49,683 nucleotides of DNA from Legionellaceae bacterium (lineage in GTDB: Bacteria > Pseudomonadota > Gammaproteobacteria > UBA12402), in assembly GCA_002707695.1 (NCBI GenBank), contig PANR01000024.1, positions 1 to 49,683 on the forward strand, given 5' to 3'. Positions 37,427 to 47,588 of the stretch are shown in pieces. The position numbers and the translations under genes were made by a program. The first letter of the stretch is position 1; each line of letters opens with the position of its first letter. The notes below the pieces were generated by a model. The model was not told where the DNA came from and did no database searches. It saw nothing but the letters and a program-made list of their open reading frames with translations.

Positions 37427-37687
37427 TGTGCTATAAAGCGCACTGCTTTTAGAAACCGCGCGATTGTCGATACTGCCGTTCGGGTGCTCGAAAGAGTTGA
37501 ATGGTGGGACGGTCGTAAGAAAAAAAGCTAATCGAAAACTCGCTAGCGTGAGCGGAAAAACGTTGATTTTTGAGTAACGCAGCGCAGTTTACATTGAAAA
37601 GTAAATGAGCAGCGGAACGCAGAAAATCGGCGTTTTTCAGCCAAGATAGTAGAGTTTTCGATAGCTTTGTAACCCGGAGAAAATATA
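37427..37687 (+). promoter_or_regulatory. rpsB promoter and S2 autoregulatory leader, interrupted by a palindromic element
   Basis: Extended -10 TGTGCTATAAA plus GCGC discriminator; GGGTGCTC-GAAA-GAG hairpin, TGGGA and TAACCC motifs resemble the gammaproteobacterial rpsB leader. Confidence 0.7.
37524..37668. repeat. 145-nt palindromic element (RPE-like)
   Basis: Arms AAAGCTAATCGAAAACTC / GAGTTTTCGATAGCTTT; inner arms GAAAAACGTTGATTTT / AAAATCGGCGTTTTTC; core GCGCAGTTTAC...GTAAATGAGCA. Confidence 0.8.
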
Positions 37688-38407
37688 ATGTCTATATCTA
37701 TGCGTGATATGCTTAGAGCGGGCGTGCATTTTGGGCACAAAACTCGCTACTGGCACCCTAAAATGGCACCGTTTATTTATGGTGCTCGTAACAAAGTCCA
37801 CATTATTAACCTTGAAAAAACATTACCGTTGTTTAATGACGCGGTTAATTTTATTGGTGGTGTGGCGAGCAAAGGCGGCAAAGTGTTGTTCGTTGGCACA
37901 AAATATGCGGCGCAAAATGTGATTCGTGAAGAAGCAGAGCGTTGCGGCATGCCTTATGTTGACCATCGTTGGTTGGGCGGTATGTTGACGAACTACAAAA
38001 CCATTCGCCAATCCATCAAGCGGTTGAAAGAGCTCGATAGTATGTTTGAAAAAAACAACTACGGGACTGCATCAACCAAAAAAGAAATTCTCACACTATC
38101 TCGCGAGCGAGACAAGTTGCAACACACACTAGGCGGTATCAAAAATATGAATGGTATCCCTGACGTGTTGTTTGTTATCGATATTGGTTTTGAACATATC
38201 GCTATCGCTGAAGCACACAAATTGAAAATTCCTGTGGTGGCTGTTGTGGATACTAATCATGCGCCTGAAGGTGTTGATTACATGATCCCAGGCAACGATG
38301 ATTCTATTGCAGCAATACGCTTATACGCTTCAGCAGTTGCTGATGCAGTGTTGCACGCAAAGGGTTCAAACACAGTGGCAACAGAAGCTAAAGAAACAAA
38401 CGAATAA
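37688..38407 (+). CDS. rpsB: 30S ribosomal protein S2
   Basis: [16 protein letters not shown] and PGNDD. Confidence 0.99.
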   Translation: MSISMRDMLRAGVHFGHKTRYWHPKMAPFIYGARNKVHIINLEKTLPLFNDAVNFIGGVASKGGKVLFVGTKYAAQNVIREEAERCGMPYVDHRWLGGMLTNYKTIRQSIKRLKELDSMFEKNNYGTASTKKEILTLSRERDKLQHTLGGIKNMNGIPDVLFVIDIGFEHIAIAEAHKLKIPVVAVVDTNHAPEGVDYMIPGNDDSIAAIRLYASAVADAVLHAKGSNTVATEAKETNE

Positions 38408-38420
38408 AAGAGGAAGAGAC

Positions 38421-39299
38421 ATGGCAATTACAGCAAGTTTAGTAAAAGAGCTCCGTGAAAGAACGGGTGCAGGCATGATGGAGTGTAAAAAAGCACTATC
38501 TGCCGCAGAAGGTGACATTGAAAAAGCCATTGAAGAAATGCGCAAATCAGGTCAAGCAAAAGCGGCTAAAAAAGCAGGGCGTGTTGCTGCCGAAGGCGTT
38601 GTGATCATTAAAACCAGTGATGATCGCAAGCAAGCGGTGATGCTTGAGATTAACACAGAAACTGACTTCGTTGCTCGCGATGAAACCTTTAGCCAATTTG
38701 CTGATGCTGTGGCGCAAGCAGCATTATCAACTCAAGCAAATGATATTGCAGCATTGTCCGGCGCTGAATTTTCAGCGGGCAAAACTGTTGAAACGGCGCG
38801 CGAAGAAATTGTGGCGAAAATTGGTGAAAACATTCAATTGCGTCGCCTGAATTTCTTGCAAACTGAAGGTGTCATTGGTGCTTATACACACGGTGTTCGC
38901 ATCGGTGTGTTGTTAGACATGCAAGGGGGTAATGCTGAGGTTGCTAAAGATGTGGCTATGCACATTGCAGCGATGCGTCCTGAAGCAGTGAGCCCTGACC
39001 AGGTACCTCAAGCTGTTATCGATAAGGAAAAAGAAATTTTTTCTGCGCAAGCAGCAGAAAGCGGTAAGCCTGCAGAGATTATTGAAAAAATGATTGGTGG
39101 GCGTATGAAAAAATTCTTGGCTGAAGTGAGCTTAACCGGTCAAGCATTTGTGCGTGACCCTAATCAAACAATTGGCGACTTGCTTAAAGCGAATAATGCA
39201 GAAGTAAAAAGCTTTGTTCGTTTCGAAGTTGGTGAAGGTATTGAGAAGGAAGAAACGGATTTTGCTGCAGAAGTGAAAGCCGCTGCAGAAGGAAAATAA
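38421..39299 (+). CDS. tsf: Elongation factor Ts
   Basis: [19 protein letters not shown] and ETDFVA; start reassigned to ATG 38421. Confidence 0.98.
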   Translation: MAITASLVKELRERTGAGMMECKKALSAAEGDIEKAIEEMRKSGQAKAAKKAGRVAAEGVVIIKTSDDRKQAVMLEINTETDFVARDETFSQFADAVAQAALSTQANDIAALSGAEFSAGKTVETAREEIVAKIGENIQLRRLNFLQTEGVIGAYTHGVRIGVLLDMQGGNAEVAKDVAMHIAAMRPEAVSPDQVPQAVIDKEKEIFSAQAAESGKPAEIIEKMIGGRMKKFLAEVSLTGQAFVRDPNQTIGDLLKANNAEVKSFVRFEVGEGIEKEETDFAAEVKAAAEGK

Positions 39300-40036
39300 T
39301 GTCAGTTAAATATCCACGAATTTTATACAAATTGAGTGGTGAAGCCTTTACAAAAGCGCGGTTGGGTGTTGATCCGGCCGCGCTTGATTGCATCGTGAAT
39401 AAAATATCTGAAGTGTTGTCGTTAGGTGTCCAAGTTGGTATCGTCATCGGTGCTGGCAATCTTATTCGTGGTGCAGATTTAGCTTGCAATGGTTTTGATC
39501 AGAAAACCGCGGATTACATGGGCATGATTGGTACGGTGATTAATGGGATGGCGTTATCAACACTCTTTGAATCCCACCATATTTCAAACAAATTGATGAC
39601 CAAAATAAAAATGCCAGATTTGGTTGCTGAGTATAATGCTGAGCAGGCAATTCAGGCATTGTCTGAAAATAATGTGGTGATTTTTGCGGGCGGTACGGGT
39701 AATCCTTTTTGTACAACGGATACTGCTGCAAGCCTGTGTGCAATTGATATCAAAGCAGATTTGCTGATTAAAGCAACGACAGTGGATGGCATTTACACAG
39801 CTGATCCCAAGAAAGCGCCCGATGCAAAGCGGTATCGTACCTTGAATTATACTGAGGCGCTTAATAAGCAATTGGCTGTGATGGACCGCGGTGCTATTGA
39901 ATTATGCCGTGATGCAAAGGTGCCTATGCGGATTTATAACATGCGTCAAGAGGGCGCATTAAAAGCTATTGTGCTTGGTGAAGATATTGGTACTTATGTC
40001 GACGCTGACGCAGAAGTCAGTTTATCGGGAGGTTAA
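39299..40036 (+). CDS. pyrH: UMP kinase
   Basis: [16 protein letters not shown] and DGIYTADP. Confidence 0.97.
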   Translation: MSVKYPRILYKLSGEAFTKARLGVDPAALDCIVNKISEVLSLGVQVGIVIGAGNLIRGADLACNGFDQKTADYMGMIGTVINGMALSTLFESHHISNKLMTKIKMPDLVAEYNAEQAIQALSENNVVIFAGGTGNPFCTTDTAASLCAIDIKADLLIKATTVDGIYTADPKKAPDAKRYRTLNYTEALNKQLAVMDRGAIELCRDAKVPMRIYNMRQEGALKAIVLGEDIGTYVDADAEVSLSGG

Positions 40037-40037
40037 T

Positions 40038-40592
40038 ATGCAAAAAGTGAAAGCAGATGCTGAATCGCGCATGAAAAAAAGTATAGAGGTGTTGCATCAT
40101 GAATTAGGAAAGGTCAGAACAGGTCGCGCGCACCCCAATCTACTTGAACATATCATGGTGTCTTACTATGGTAATGATACACCGCTTAATCAAGTGGCGA
40201 ATGTGACTGTGTTAGATGCAAGAACGTTGCAAGTGGCGCCTTGGGAGAAAGGGTTGTTGCCTACAGTTGAAAAAGCCATCGTGCAATCTGATTTAGGGTT
40301 AAATCCTGCATCAAGTGGTGATGTGTTACGTATTCCTTTGCCGCCACTGACTGAAGAACGTCGACGTGATTTAATTAAAGTCGTTAAATCTGAGGGCGAA
40401 AAAGCAAAAGTGGCCATTCGTAATGTGCGTCGTGATGCAAATGATGAATTGAAAAGTTTGCTTAAGGCAAAAGAATTAGGTGAGGATGAAGAGCATCGTG
40501 CGCAAGCTGATATTCAGAAAGTGACAGATAAATACGTCGCCGAGGTTGACCAGTTGTTGTCGCATAAAGAGAAAGAGCTTTTGGAGATTTAA
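40038..40592 (+). CDS. frr: Ribosome recycling factor
   Basis: [20 protein letters not shown] and RNVRRDAN; ATG 40038 after GGAGG. Confidence 0.98.
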   Translation: MQKVKADAESRMKKSIEVLHHELGKVRTGRAHPNLLEHIMVSYYGNDTPLNQVANVTVLDARTLQVAPWEKGLLPTVEKAIVQSDLGLNPASSGDVLRIPLPPLTEERRRDLIKVVKSEGEKAKVAIRNVRRDANDELKSLLKAKELGEDEEHRAQADIQKVTDKYVAEVDQLLSHKEKELLEI

Positions 40593-40600
40593 ACCATGCT

Positions 40601-40679
40601 GTCACCCCTGCGTAGGCAGGGGTCCAGTTGTAGCCCGCATGCAGCTTTCCCGCATTACGCTTCGCTTCATGCGGGCTAC
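40601..40679. repeat. Composite repeat: GTCA...TCCAG half-copy plus GTAG-type REP inverted pair
   Basis: GTCACCCCTGCGTAGGCAGGGGTCCAG, then GTAGCCCGCATG...CATGCGGGCTAC; minus strand reads GTAGCCCGCATGAAGCGAAGCGTAATGCGGG. Confidence 0.8.
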
Positions 40680-40703
40680 ATCCTAAAACTTAGGTAGGTT
40701 GGC

Positions 40704-41429
40704 GTGAACTTAGAAAACAACATCCCCAAACACGTGGCTATCGTTATGGACGGTAATGGTCGTTGGGCTGAAGGCCGTGGATTGCCACGAGTATCTGGTC
40801 ATCAGGCAGGGGTTGAAGTGGTTCGACAAATCGTCGAGGTTGCCGGTGAACAAGGTATTCAGGTGTTGAGCCTCTTTGCCTTTAGCACAGAGAATTGGCA
40901 GCGACCGGAGAAAGAAGTTGGCTTTTTGATGAAGCTGCTGCTGAAAGGCTTGCAAAAGGAAATCAAAAAACTTCACGAAAAAAATATTCAACTGCGTGTG
41001 ATTGGCGATCGCTCAAGATTATCGGCGAGTGTAGTTGAGGCCATTGAAAAGGCGCAGCGCTTGACGGCGAACAATACTGGCCCTGTGTTGGTGTTGGCGA
41101 TAAACTATGGTGGTCAATGGGATATTGTCGAAGCCGCCAGAGAGGTAGCGGCTGCTGTACAAGAGGGTCAGTTATCCGTTGACGATATTAATGCTGAGGT
41201 TTATGCACGTCACTTATCCTTAGCAGATTTGCCACCCGTTGATTTGTTTATTCGAACGAGCGGCGAATTGCGCATTAGTAATTTTTTCTTGTGGCAGCTG
41301 GCTTATGCTGAATTATATTTTACAGAAGTCTTGTGGCCTGATTTTGGGAAAGCTGAATTCATGAAAGCGTTGGCTGCATACCAAGATCGCAAACGGCGGT
41401 TTGGTAAAGTGGCAATACAGGAATCGTAA
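40704..41429 (+). CDS. uppS: Undecaprenyl diphosphate synthase
   Basis: HVAIVMDGNGRWA, FSTENW and IRTSGELRISNF. Confidence 0.98.
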   Translation: MNLENNIPKHVAIVMDGNGRWAEGRGLPRVSGHQAGVEVVRQIVEVAGEQGIQVLSLFAFSTENWQRPEKEVGFLMKLLLKGLQKEIKKLHEKNIQLRVIGDRSRLSASVVEAIEKAQRLTANNTGPVLVLAINYGGQWDIVEAAREVAAAVQEGQLSVDDINAEVYARHLSLADLPPVDLFIRTSGELRISNFFLWQLAYAELYFTEVLWPDFGKAEFMKALAAYQDRKRRFGKVAIQES

Positions 41430-42238
41430 TGAAAGAAAGAATTCTCACAGGATTGGCGATAGCAGGGTTGGGTTTTTTGTTAGTGCTTTACTTACCCACA
41501 CCGTTTTTTATCCTGCTATCAACAATCATCGTGCTTTGGCTCGCTTGGGAATGGAGCGGATTGCTGGGTTTAAAGTCTTTGTGGGCGAAGCTTGCCTACG
41601 TTGTGCTTCTGGGTTTTAGCCTATTGGCTAGCTTTCATTTGCCTATTTGGCCAGTGCTGGTTGTGGCAACCATTTTTTGGTGTTTGGCGTTGTGTATGGT
41701 GGTGTTGTATCCAAGAGCAACCGTTGTGTGGTGCCATCACTGGATTGCCAGAGCGGTTGTTGGCTTGCTGGCGTTGGTGCCCTGTTGGTTATCTGTTAAT
41801 GTTATTCACACCGCCACAGATGGCCCCATAGCGCTGGTTTTGTTGATTCTCCTGGTGAGCATGGCAGACTCAGGGGCATACTTTGCTGGTCGGTTTTGGG
41901 GGCGCACACCATTAATGCCAAACGTTAGCCCTAAAAAAACATGGGAGGGTGCAGTTGGTGGGTTGCTGAGCGCACTTGTCGTTGTCGTTATTTTGGGCTT
42001 GGTGATGCATTTGGATTTTGAACAGTGGATAACAATGCTCGTCTTGGCAGTGGTGGTTGTGTCATTCAGCATAGTGGGTGATTTGCTAGAGAGCGTATTA
42101 AAGCGACAGGCAGGGGTTAAGGATAGTGGCAATTTATTGCCAGGACATGGTGGTTTGTTGGATCGAGTTGACAGTTTATTGGCTGCTGCGCCTTTATTTT
42201 TGGCCGCTCGCTTATTGACCAAACATCTGGGTTTGTAA
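41429..42238 (+). CDS. cdsA: Phosphatidate cytidylyltransferase
   Basis: SPKKTWEG and GDLLES.LKR..GVKDSG.LLPGHGGLLDRVDS. Confidence 0.98.
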   Translation: MKERILTGLAIAGLGFLLVLYLPTPFFILLSTIIVLWLAWEWSGLLGLKSLWAKLAYVVLLGFSLLASFHLPIWPVLVVATIFWCLALCMVVLYPRATVVWCHHWIARAVVGLLALVPCWLSVNVIHTATDGPIALVLLILLVSMADSGAYFAGRFWGRTPLMPNVSPKKTWEGAVGGLLSALVVVVILGLVMHLDFEQWITMLVLAVVVVSFSIVGDLLESVLKRQAGVKDSGNLLPGHGGLLDRVDSLLAAAPLFLAARLLTKHLGL

Positions 42239-42339
42239 CTAGCATGTGACTCATTATAGAGGCTAATTACCTAGCTATTATTTACCTTATACCAAAGTTC
42301 CGTTATTCTGCGTGGACGTTTTTGAGGGTTACGTACAGT

Positions 42340-44652
42340 ATGATTAAAAAAGTTGCATTAGTAAGTTTATTGACCATGACCTTGGGCAGCGCAATGGCTG
42401 CTGACGATGGGTTTGTGATTCAGCATATCCAAGTCAATGGACTTCATCGCATTCCCCTTAAAACATTGTACAGTTATTTGCCTATCAAGTTGGGCGATAG
42501 GATCAATGCCCAAACGAGCACCGCCATTATTCAGGATTTATACAAATCAGGCTTTTTCTCAAACATCAATTTGACCCGTCAAGGCAACACACTCAATATC
42601 GATGTGGTGGAGCGGCCAGTCATTGGTGATCTTACTATCCACGGCAATAAAGCGATTAAAACAGCCGCGTTGCTTAAGGCATTGAAGGGCCAGGGTATTG
42701 CGACAGGGCTTGAGTACAACCCATCGACCGTTGATGAAATCAAAAACGTATTATTCGATCAATATTTTTCGCAAAGTAAATATAGCGTTAATGTAACAAC
42801 TAAAGTTAATGAGCTTTCAACAGGTCGAATCGGCTTAAACATCGATATTTCTGAGGGGAAAGAGGCTAAAATTGCCAAGGTGACGGTTATTGGTAATACG
42901 GCGTTTGACGAAAAAGAGCTGCTCAAGCAGTTTAAGTTATCCCCACCAAATCTATTATCATTCTTCACGCATAACGATTTATACTCCAGTGAAAAACTGC
43001 AGTCAGACTTGGATAGATTGCGTTCTTTTTATTTAGATCACGGTTATTTGCAATTTCAGTTAAACAATTCGCAAGTATCGATTACGCCCGCGCGTGATGA
43101 AATTTATGTGACTGCTGATATTACAGAAGGCCCTCAGTACCGCATTAAGGGTTATCAATTTACTGGTAATACGGTTTTGTCGCAGGATGTTTTGAAGAGT
43201 TTTGTCCCATTTAAAACAGGTGATATATTTTCACGCCAACAAGTGATTAATGTTGAAAAATCTGTGACTGACAAGCTTGGTGAAAAAGGTTATGCGCGCG
43301 CTAATGTTCAGGTAATACCAGCGATTGATCAAAACAATCATCAAGTTGGTTTGAATTTTCATGTGCAGCCAGGTGATCGTATTTATGTTCGTCATATTAG
43401 TTTCTCCGGCAATTATCAAACCAATGACACCGTGCTTCGTCGAGCAGTCGAGCAATTTGAAGGCGCATTAGTGTCAACAACACAATTAAAAGCGTCTAAG
43501 CAGGATCTGTTACAACTGCCTTATATTTCCGATGCGAAAATGACAGTGTCGCCGGTACCGAATCGCGTGAATGAAGAAGATGTGCATTACAATGTTACTG
43601 AGCACTCAAGCGCTTCATTAAATGCTGGGATTGGTTACTCAGATACTGATGGCTTGCTTTTCCAAGCGGCATTTAATCAAAAAAGCTTTTTGGGCACAGG
43701 CAATAGTTTAAATTTACAGTTTTCACGTTCTGCTTCGACCACCTCTTATAATGTTGATTATTTCAATCCGTATTACACAATCTGGGGTGTGGGTCGTGAA
43801 ATCAGTTTCAATTATTCGCATTATAAAGCTGACCAAGTGAACCTTGCTGACTATGCAACCAATAATTTGGGCGCCGCGATTAATTACAGCTTGCCCATTT
43901 CTCATAACTTGGCTTATCAGCTTGGCGCTGGTTATAACAACAGTATTTTGATTGAAGGCAACTCACCGCCGCAATTTATGGGTGATTTTACCAATAAATA
44001 TGGTAAACACTATTATGACTTATCTCTAAACACGGGATTGACATACAGTAATTACGATCGTGCTATTATGCCAACATCAGGCACGCAGCAATCGCTTGGT
44101 TTGACGGCCACAGCCCCTGTCGGCGGTAAGTCTTTACGCTACTATCAAAGTAGTTATAGCTTTGAGGGCTATTTGCCGCTTTATAAGCAAGCATGGGTAT
44201 TTAATGGTAGTGCGAACTTAGGTTATGCCAATGGCTATGGCGCATATGGTGGTCACTATCCATTTTTCAAAAATTATTTTGCAGGTGGTATGGGCTCGGT
44301 GAGAGGCTACGAAACGAATACGCTTGGCCCGAAAGATGAAAATGGTGATCCTATCGGCGGTAACATTTTGATGACAGGTTCAGTTGGTCTCATCTTCCCT
44401 AACCCAATTAGCCATAACGTTCGCACAAGTCTATTTGTTGATGGCGGTAACGTATTTGATTCAAATAAATCACAGCATGGTCTTGGTGTTAAGGGCGTTG
44501 CGTTTAACAAAATTCGTTACTCAACAGGGGTTGAGCTCGATTGGTTGAGTCCAATGGGCTTTACACTACAGTTTTCTCTAGCTAAGGCGTTAAATCCAGG
44601 TAACCACAGTAAAACGCAGGTGTTCGGATTTAATATTACGGCCGGGGTTTAG
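42340..44652 (+). CDS. bamA: Outer membrane protein assembly factor BamA
   Basis: Signal peptide, POTRA repeats, VRGY motif and beta-barrel C-terminus. Confidence 0.97.
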   Translation: MIKKVALVSLLTMTLGSAMAADDGFVIQHIQVNGLHRIPLKTLYSYLPIKLGDRINAQTSTAIIQDLYKSGFFSNINLTRQGNTLNIDVVERPVIGDLTIHGNKAIKTAALLKALKGQGIATGLEYNPSTVDEIKNVLFDQYFSQSKYSVNVTTKVNELSTGRIGLNIDISEGKEAKIAKVTVIGNTAFDEKELLKQFKLSPPNLLSFFTHNDLYSSEKLQSDLDRLRSFYLDHGYLQFQLNNSQVSITPARDEIYVTADITEGPQYRIKGYQFTGNTVLSQDVLKSFVPFKTGDIFSRQQVINVEKSVTDKLGEKGYARANVQVIPAIDQNNHQVGLNFHVQPGDRIYVRHISFSGNYQTNDTVLRRAVEQFEGALVSTTQLKASKQDLLQLPYISDAKMTVSPVPNRVNEEDVHYNVTEHSSASLNAGIGYSDTDGLLFQAAFNQKSFLGTGNSLNLQFSRSASTTSYNVDYFNPYYTIWGVGREISFNYSHYKADQVNLADYATNNLGAAINYSLPISHNLAYQLGAGYNNSILIEGNSPPQFMGDFTNKYGKHYYDLSLNTGLTYSNYDRAIMPTSGTQQSLGLTATAPVGGKSLRYYQSSYSFEGYLPLYKQAWVFNGSANLGYANGYGAYGGHYPFFKNYFAGGMGSVRGYETNTLGPKDENGDPIGGNILMTGSVGLIFPNPISHNVRTSLFVDGGNVFDSNKSQHGLGVKGVAFNKIRYSTGVELDWLSPMGFTLQFSLAKALNPGNHSKTQVFGFNITAGV

Positions 44653-44689
44653 TTTGTTTAATTTGATTAATCATTTAGGAGAGCAAGTT

Positions 44690-45223
44690 ATGAAAAAAAC
44701 AGCGAAATTATTATTAGCATCTGTTGCCACATTGGGATTGTTAAGTAGCGTGTATGCTGCAGATTTGAAAGTTGCGACTGTCAATGTAGCGAAAGTGTTG
44801 CAATCTTCCTCTGTTGTGAGTAAGGCAAAAAGCAGTTTGCAAGCTAAGTACAAGCCTCAATACAACAATATTGAAACGGCACAGAAAAAAATGGTAGCAG
44901 ACATCAATAATTTGAAGAAAAATTCTGAAACCATGTCTGCAAGCGCGCGTAAAACCGCTCAGAACAACATTGCTCAAGAGCAGCAAACGTTAATTGCTCA
45001 GCAGCAACAGTTTCAACAACAGTTGACTAAAGCGCAACAGCAAACCATGCAAGCAGTGTTGTCACGTTTGCAAACCGTTATTGCTAAGATTGCTCAACAA
45101 AATGGCTATACGCTAGTGTTACCTAAAGATGCTGTGGCTTATGCGGCCAGCAATTTAGATATTACTCCTCAGGTATTAAAATCTTTTGATGCCTCTGGTG
45201 CGTTGCCAGGCGCAGCGTCTTAA
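44690..45223 (+). CDS. skp: Periplasmic chaperone Skp/OmpH
   Basis: Signal peptide, KVATVNV, coiled coil and DITPQV; position after bamA. Confidence 0.92.
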   Translation: MKKTAKLLLASVATLGLLSSVYAADLKVATVNVAKVLQSSSVVSKAKSSLQAKYKPQYNNIETAQKKMVADINNLKKNSETMSASARKTAQNNIAQEQQTLIAQQQQFQQQLTKAQQQTMQAVLSRLQTVIAKIAQQNGYTLVLPKDAVAYAASNLDITPQVLKSFDASGALPGAAS

Positions 45224-45261
45224 TTGTGGTAGTGGTTGCTGATTAATTGGGTGTGGTTAGG

Positions 45262-46809
45262 ATGACTGATGTACGCATAACACTTCAAGAGCTGGCTAAA
45301 ATGATAGATGCCGAATTACGTGGTGATCCCAACCATGTGATAACCGGCATCAAAACATTACAAGTTGCCGAAGCTTGCGATCTTAGTTTTTTGGGCAACC
45401 CAGTTTATCGCAAGTATCTGGCTGATACGAAGGCGGGTGTGGTCATCTTGGCGCCCAAGTATTTGCCGGACTGCTCGACAAACGCACTCATTGTCGATGA
45501 TCCTTATTTTGCTTATGCCAAAATTACAGAGTTGTTCGTGCGTAAACCCTCTGCCTCTCAAGGTGCGCATACAACGGCAGTTGTAGGAGAGCGTTGTGAG
45601 ATTCACCCTTCGGCGAGCATTGGTCCCAAATCAGTTATTGCTGATGACGTCAGTATTGGTGAAGGGACGGTGATTGGACCTGGTGTGTCGATTGCTGCCG
45701 GCACGACAGTTGGCAAGCACTGTAAAATCGATGCGAACGTTACCATTTGTCACGAGATTGTCATTGGTGATCGTGTCATTTTGCATGCAGGCACAGTGAT
45801 CGGTTCGGATGGGTTTGGTCTGGCAGAAAAAAATGGTGTCTGGCATAAAATTCCTCAGCTCGGCCGCGTGATTATTGAAGATGATGTTGAAATCGGTGCT
45901 AACACGACAATTGACCGAGGGGCCTTAGGTGATACGGTCATTGAAAAAGGTGTTAAGTTAGATAATCAAATTCAAATTGGACACAATGTCCGGATCGGTG
46001 CACACACTGCTATTGCTGCATGCACAGGTGTTGCAGGCAGTACACGGATTGGTAAGCATTGTAAGATTGCCGGTGGTGTCGGTATCAACGGTCATTTGGA
46101 GATAGCAGATTACACCGTTATTACCGGCATGGCGATGGTGACTAATTCTGTTAAAGTACCAGGCATTTATTCATCAGGCACAGGTATTTTGCCAAACCAT
46201 GAATGGAAGAAAAACGTTGCGCGTTTTCGTCAGCTTGACAAGGTATTGCGTCGGGTGGGCGGTTTGTATCAAGAAAATAGAATAAACGGAAAGACGGTTA
46301 AAACGACTGCGCCGCATGGTGCGTTTGAAGCGAAGAGGGCTCCAGTAATGAAAGATAAATTGATGGGTATTGATGAAGTGTTTAAACACCTTCCGCATCG
46401 ACCACCATTTTTGCTGATTGACCGTGTGGCTAAATTTACGCCCAATGAATCGTTAACGGCAATAAAGAATGTCACTATTAACGAGGCATTTTTTCAAGGA
46501 CATTTTCCAGCAAAACCGATTATGCCAGGTGTATTGATTCTTGAAGCATTAGCGCAAGCTTGTACGGTTTTTGCGTTCTTAACGACTGGTGAAGATCCAA
46601 ATGCAGGCGGATTATATTATTTTGCAGGCATCGATAATGCACGATTTAAACGCCCGGTTGAGCCTGGTGATCAGCTTGTGCTTGATGTTCAATTTGTTAA
46701 AGCTCGTCAAGGTGTTTGGAAAATGAAGGGAGTCGCCTCGGTTGCCGATGAGGTGGTATGTACGGCTGAATTGTTAAGTGCGAAGCCAAACGAGGGTCAA
46801 GGGAAATGA
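45262..46809 (+). CDS. lpxD: In-frame LpxD-FabZ fusion ORF (LpxD acyltransferase plus FabZ dehydratase)
   Basis: Hexapeptide repeats, GSDGFG, IDRGAL and DNQIQIGHN; no stop before the FabZ motifs [12 protein letters not shown] and [18 protein letters not shown]. Confidence 0.9.
   Translation: MTDVRITLQELAKMIDAELRGDPNHVITGIKTLQVAEACDLSFLGNPVYRKYLADTKAGVVILAPKYLPDCSTNALIVDDPYFAYAKITELFVRKPSASQGAHTTAVVGERCEIHPSASIGPKSVIADDVSIGEGTVIGPGVSIAAGTTVGKHCKIDANVTICHEIVIGDRVILHAGTVIGSDGFGLAEKNGVWHKIPQLGRVIIEDDVEIGANTTIDRGALGDTVIEKGVKLDNQIQIGHNVRIGAHTAIAACTGVAGSTRIGKHCKIAGGVGINGHLEIADYTVITGMAMVTNSVKVPGIYSSGTGILPNHEWKKNVARFRQLDKVLRRVGGLYQENRINGKTVKTTAPHGAFEAKRAPVMKDKLMGIDEVFKHLPHRPPFLLIDRVAKFTPNESLTAIKNVTINEAFFQGHFPAKPIMPGVLILEALAQACTVFAFLTTGEDPNAGGLYYFAGIDNARFKRPVEPGDQLVLDVQFVKARQGVWKMKGVASVADEVVCTAELLSAKPNEGQGK
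46348..46809 (+). CDS. fabZ: FabZ moiety, possible internal translation start
   Basis: In-frame ATG at 46348 with GAGGG 8 nt upstream; FabZ catalytic His and Glu motifs. Confidence 0.8.
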   Translation: MKDKLMGIDEVFKHLPHRPPFLLIDRVAKFTPNESLTAIKNVTINEAFFQGHFPAKPIMPGVLILEALAQACTVFAFLTTGEDPNAGGLYYFAGIDNARFKRPVEPGDQLVLDVQFVKARQGVWKMKGVASVADEVVCTAELLSAKPNEGQGK

Positions 46810-47585
46810 GTAAATTGATTCACAAAACAGCCATCATTGATGCCAAGGCCGAGTTAGCCAGTGATGTGACAGTTGGACCTTATAGCGTGATTGGACCCGA
46901 CGTTAAAATTGATGCAGGCACATGTGTTGGCTCTCACGTTGTGATTAAAGGCCCCACCACTATAGGAAAAGACAATAAAATTTTTCAGTTTGCGTCGATT
47001 GGGGAAGACCCTCAGGATTTAAAATATCAAGGCGGTGAAACGCGCTTAGAGATTGGTGATCGAAATCGAATTCGTGAATGTGTGACCATTAACCGCGGGA
47101 CAGAACTAGGTGGCGCTGTCACAAAAATTGGTGACGATAATTTATTGATGGCTTATACACACATCGCTCATGATTGTATTTTACATAACCATCTTGTTTT
47201 GGCGACACACGTCTCGGTTGCTGGGCATGTCACCATTGGCGATCACGCAGTTTTAGGCGGGTTTTCTGGTGTTCACCAGTTTTGTCATATTGGTGCTTAT
47301 AGCTTTGCAGCGGCAGGCTCAATGATTCCCAAAGATATTCTTCCTTATACAAAAGTGTCTGGTTATTATGCCAAACCATTTGGGTTGAACGTGGTTGGAT
47401 TGCAGCGTCATCAGTTCGCTGAAAAAACAATTGCCTGTTTAAAAAACGCTTACCGCATTGTGTATCGTCAAGATTTAAAAGTCACAGAAGCTGTTGACGA
47501 ACTCGTTAAAATCCGCGCGATATGCCCAGAGGTTGATTTGATGATCAATGTGCTAAAAAATTCTGAGCGAGGCGTTGTGAGGTGA
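46806..47585 (+). CDS. lpxA: UDP-N-acetylglucosamine acyltransferase
   Basis: PQDLKY, HIAHDC, VHQFC and GLNVVGL. Confidence 0.98.
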   Translation: MSKLIHKTAIIDAKAELASDVTVGPYSVIGPDVKIDAGTCVGSHVVIKGPTTIGKDNKIFQFASIGEDPQDLKYQGGETRLEIGDRNRIRECVTINRGTELGGAVTKIGDDNLLMAYTHIAHDCILHNHLVLATHVSVAGHVTIGDHAVLGGFSGVHQFCHIGAYSFAAAGSMIPKDILPYTKVSGYYAKPFGLNVVGLQRHQFAEKTIACLKNAYRIVYRQDLKVTEAVDELVKIRAICPEVDLMINVLKNSERGVVR

Positions 47586-47588
47586 TTT

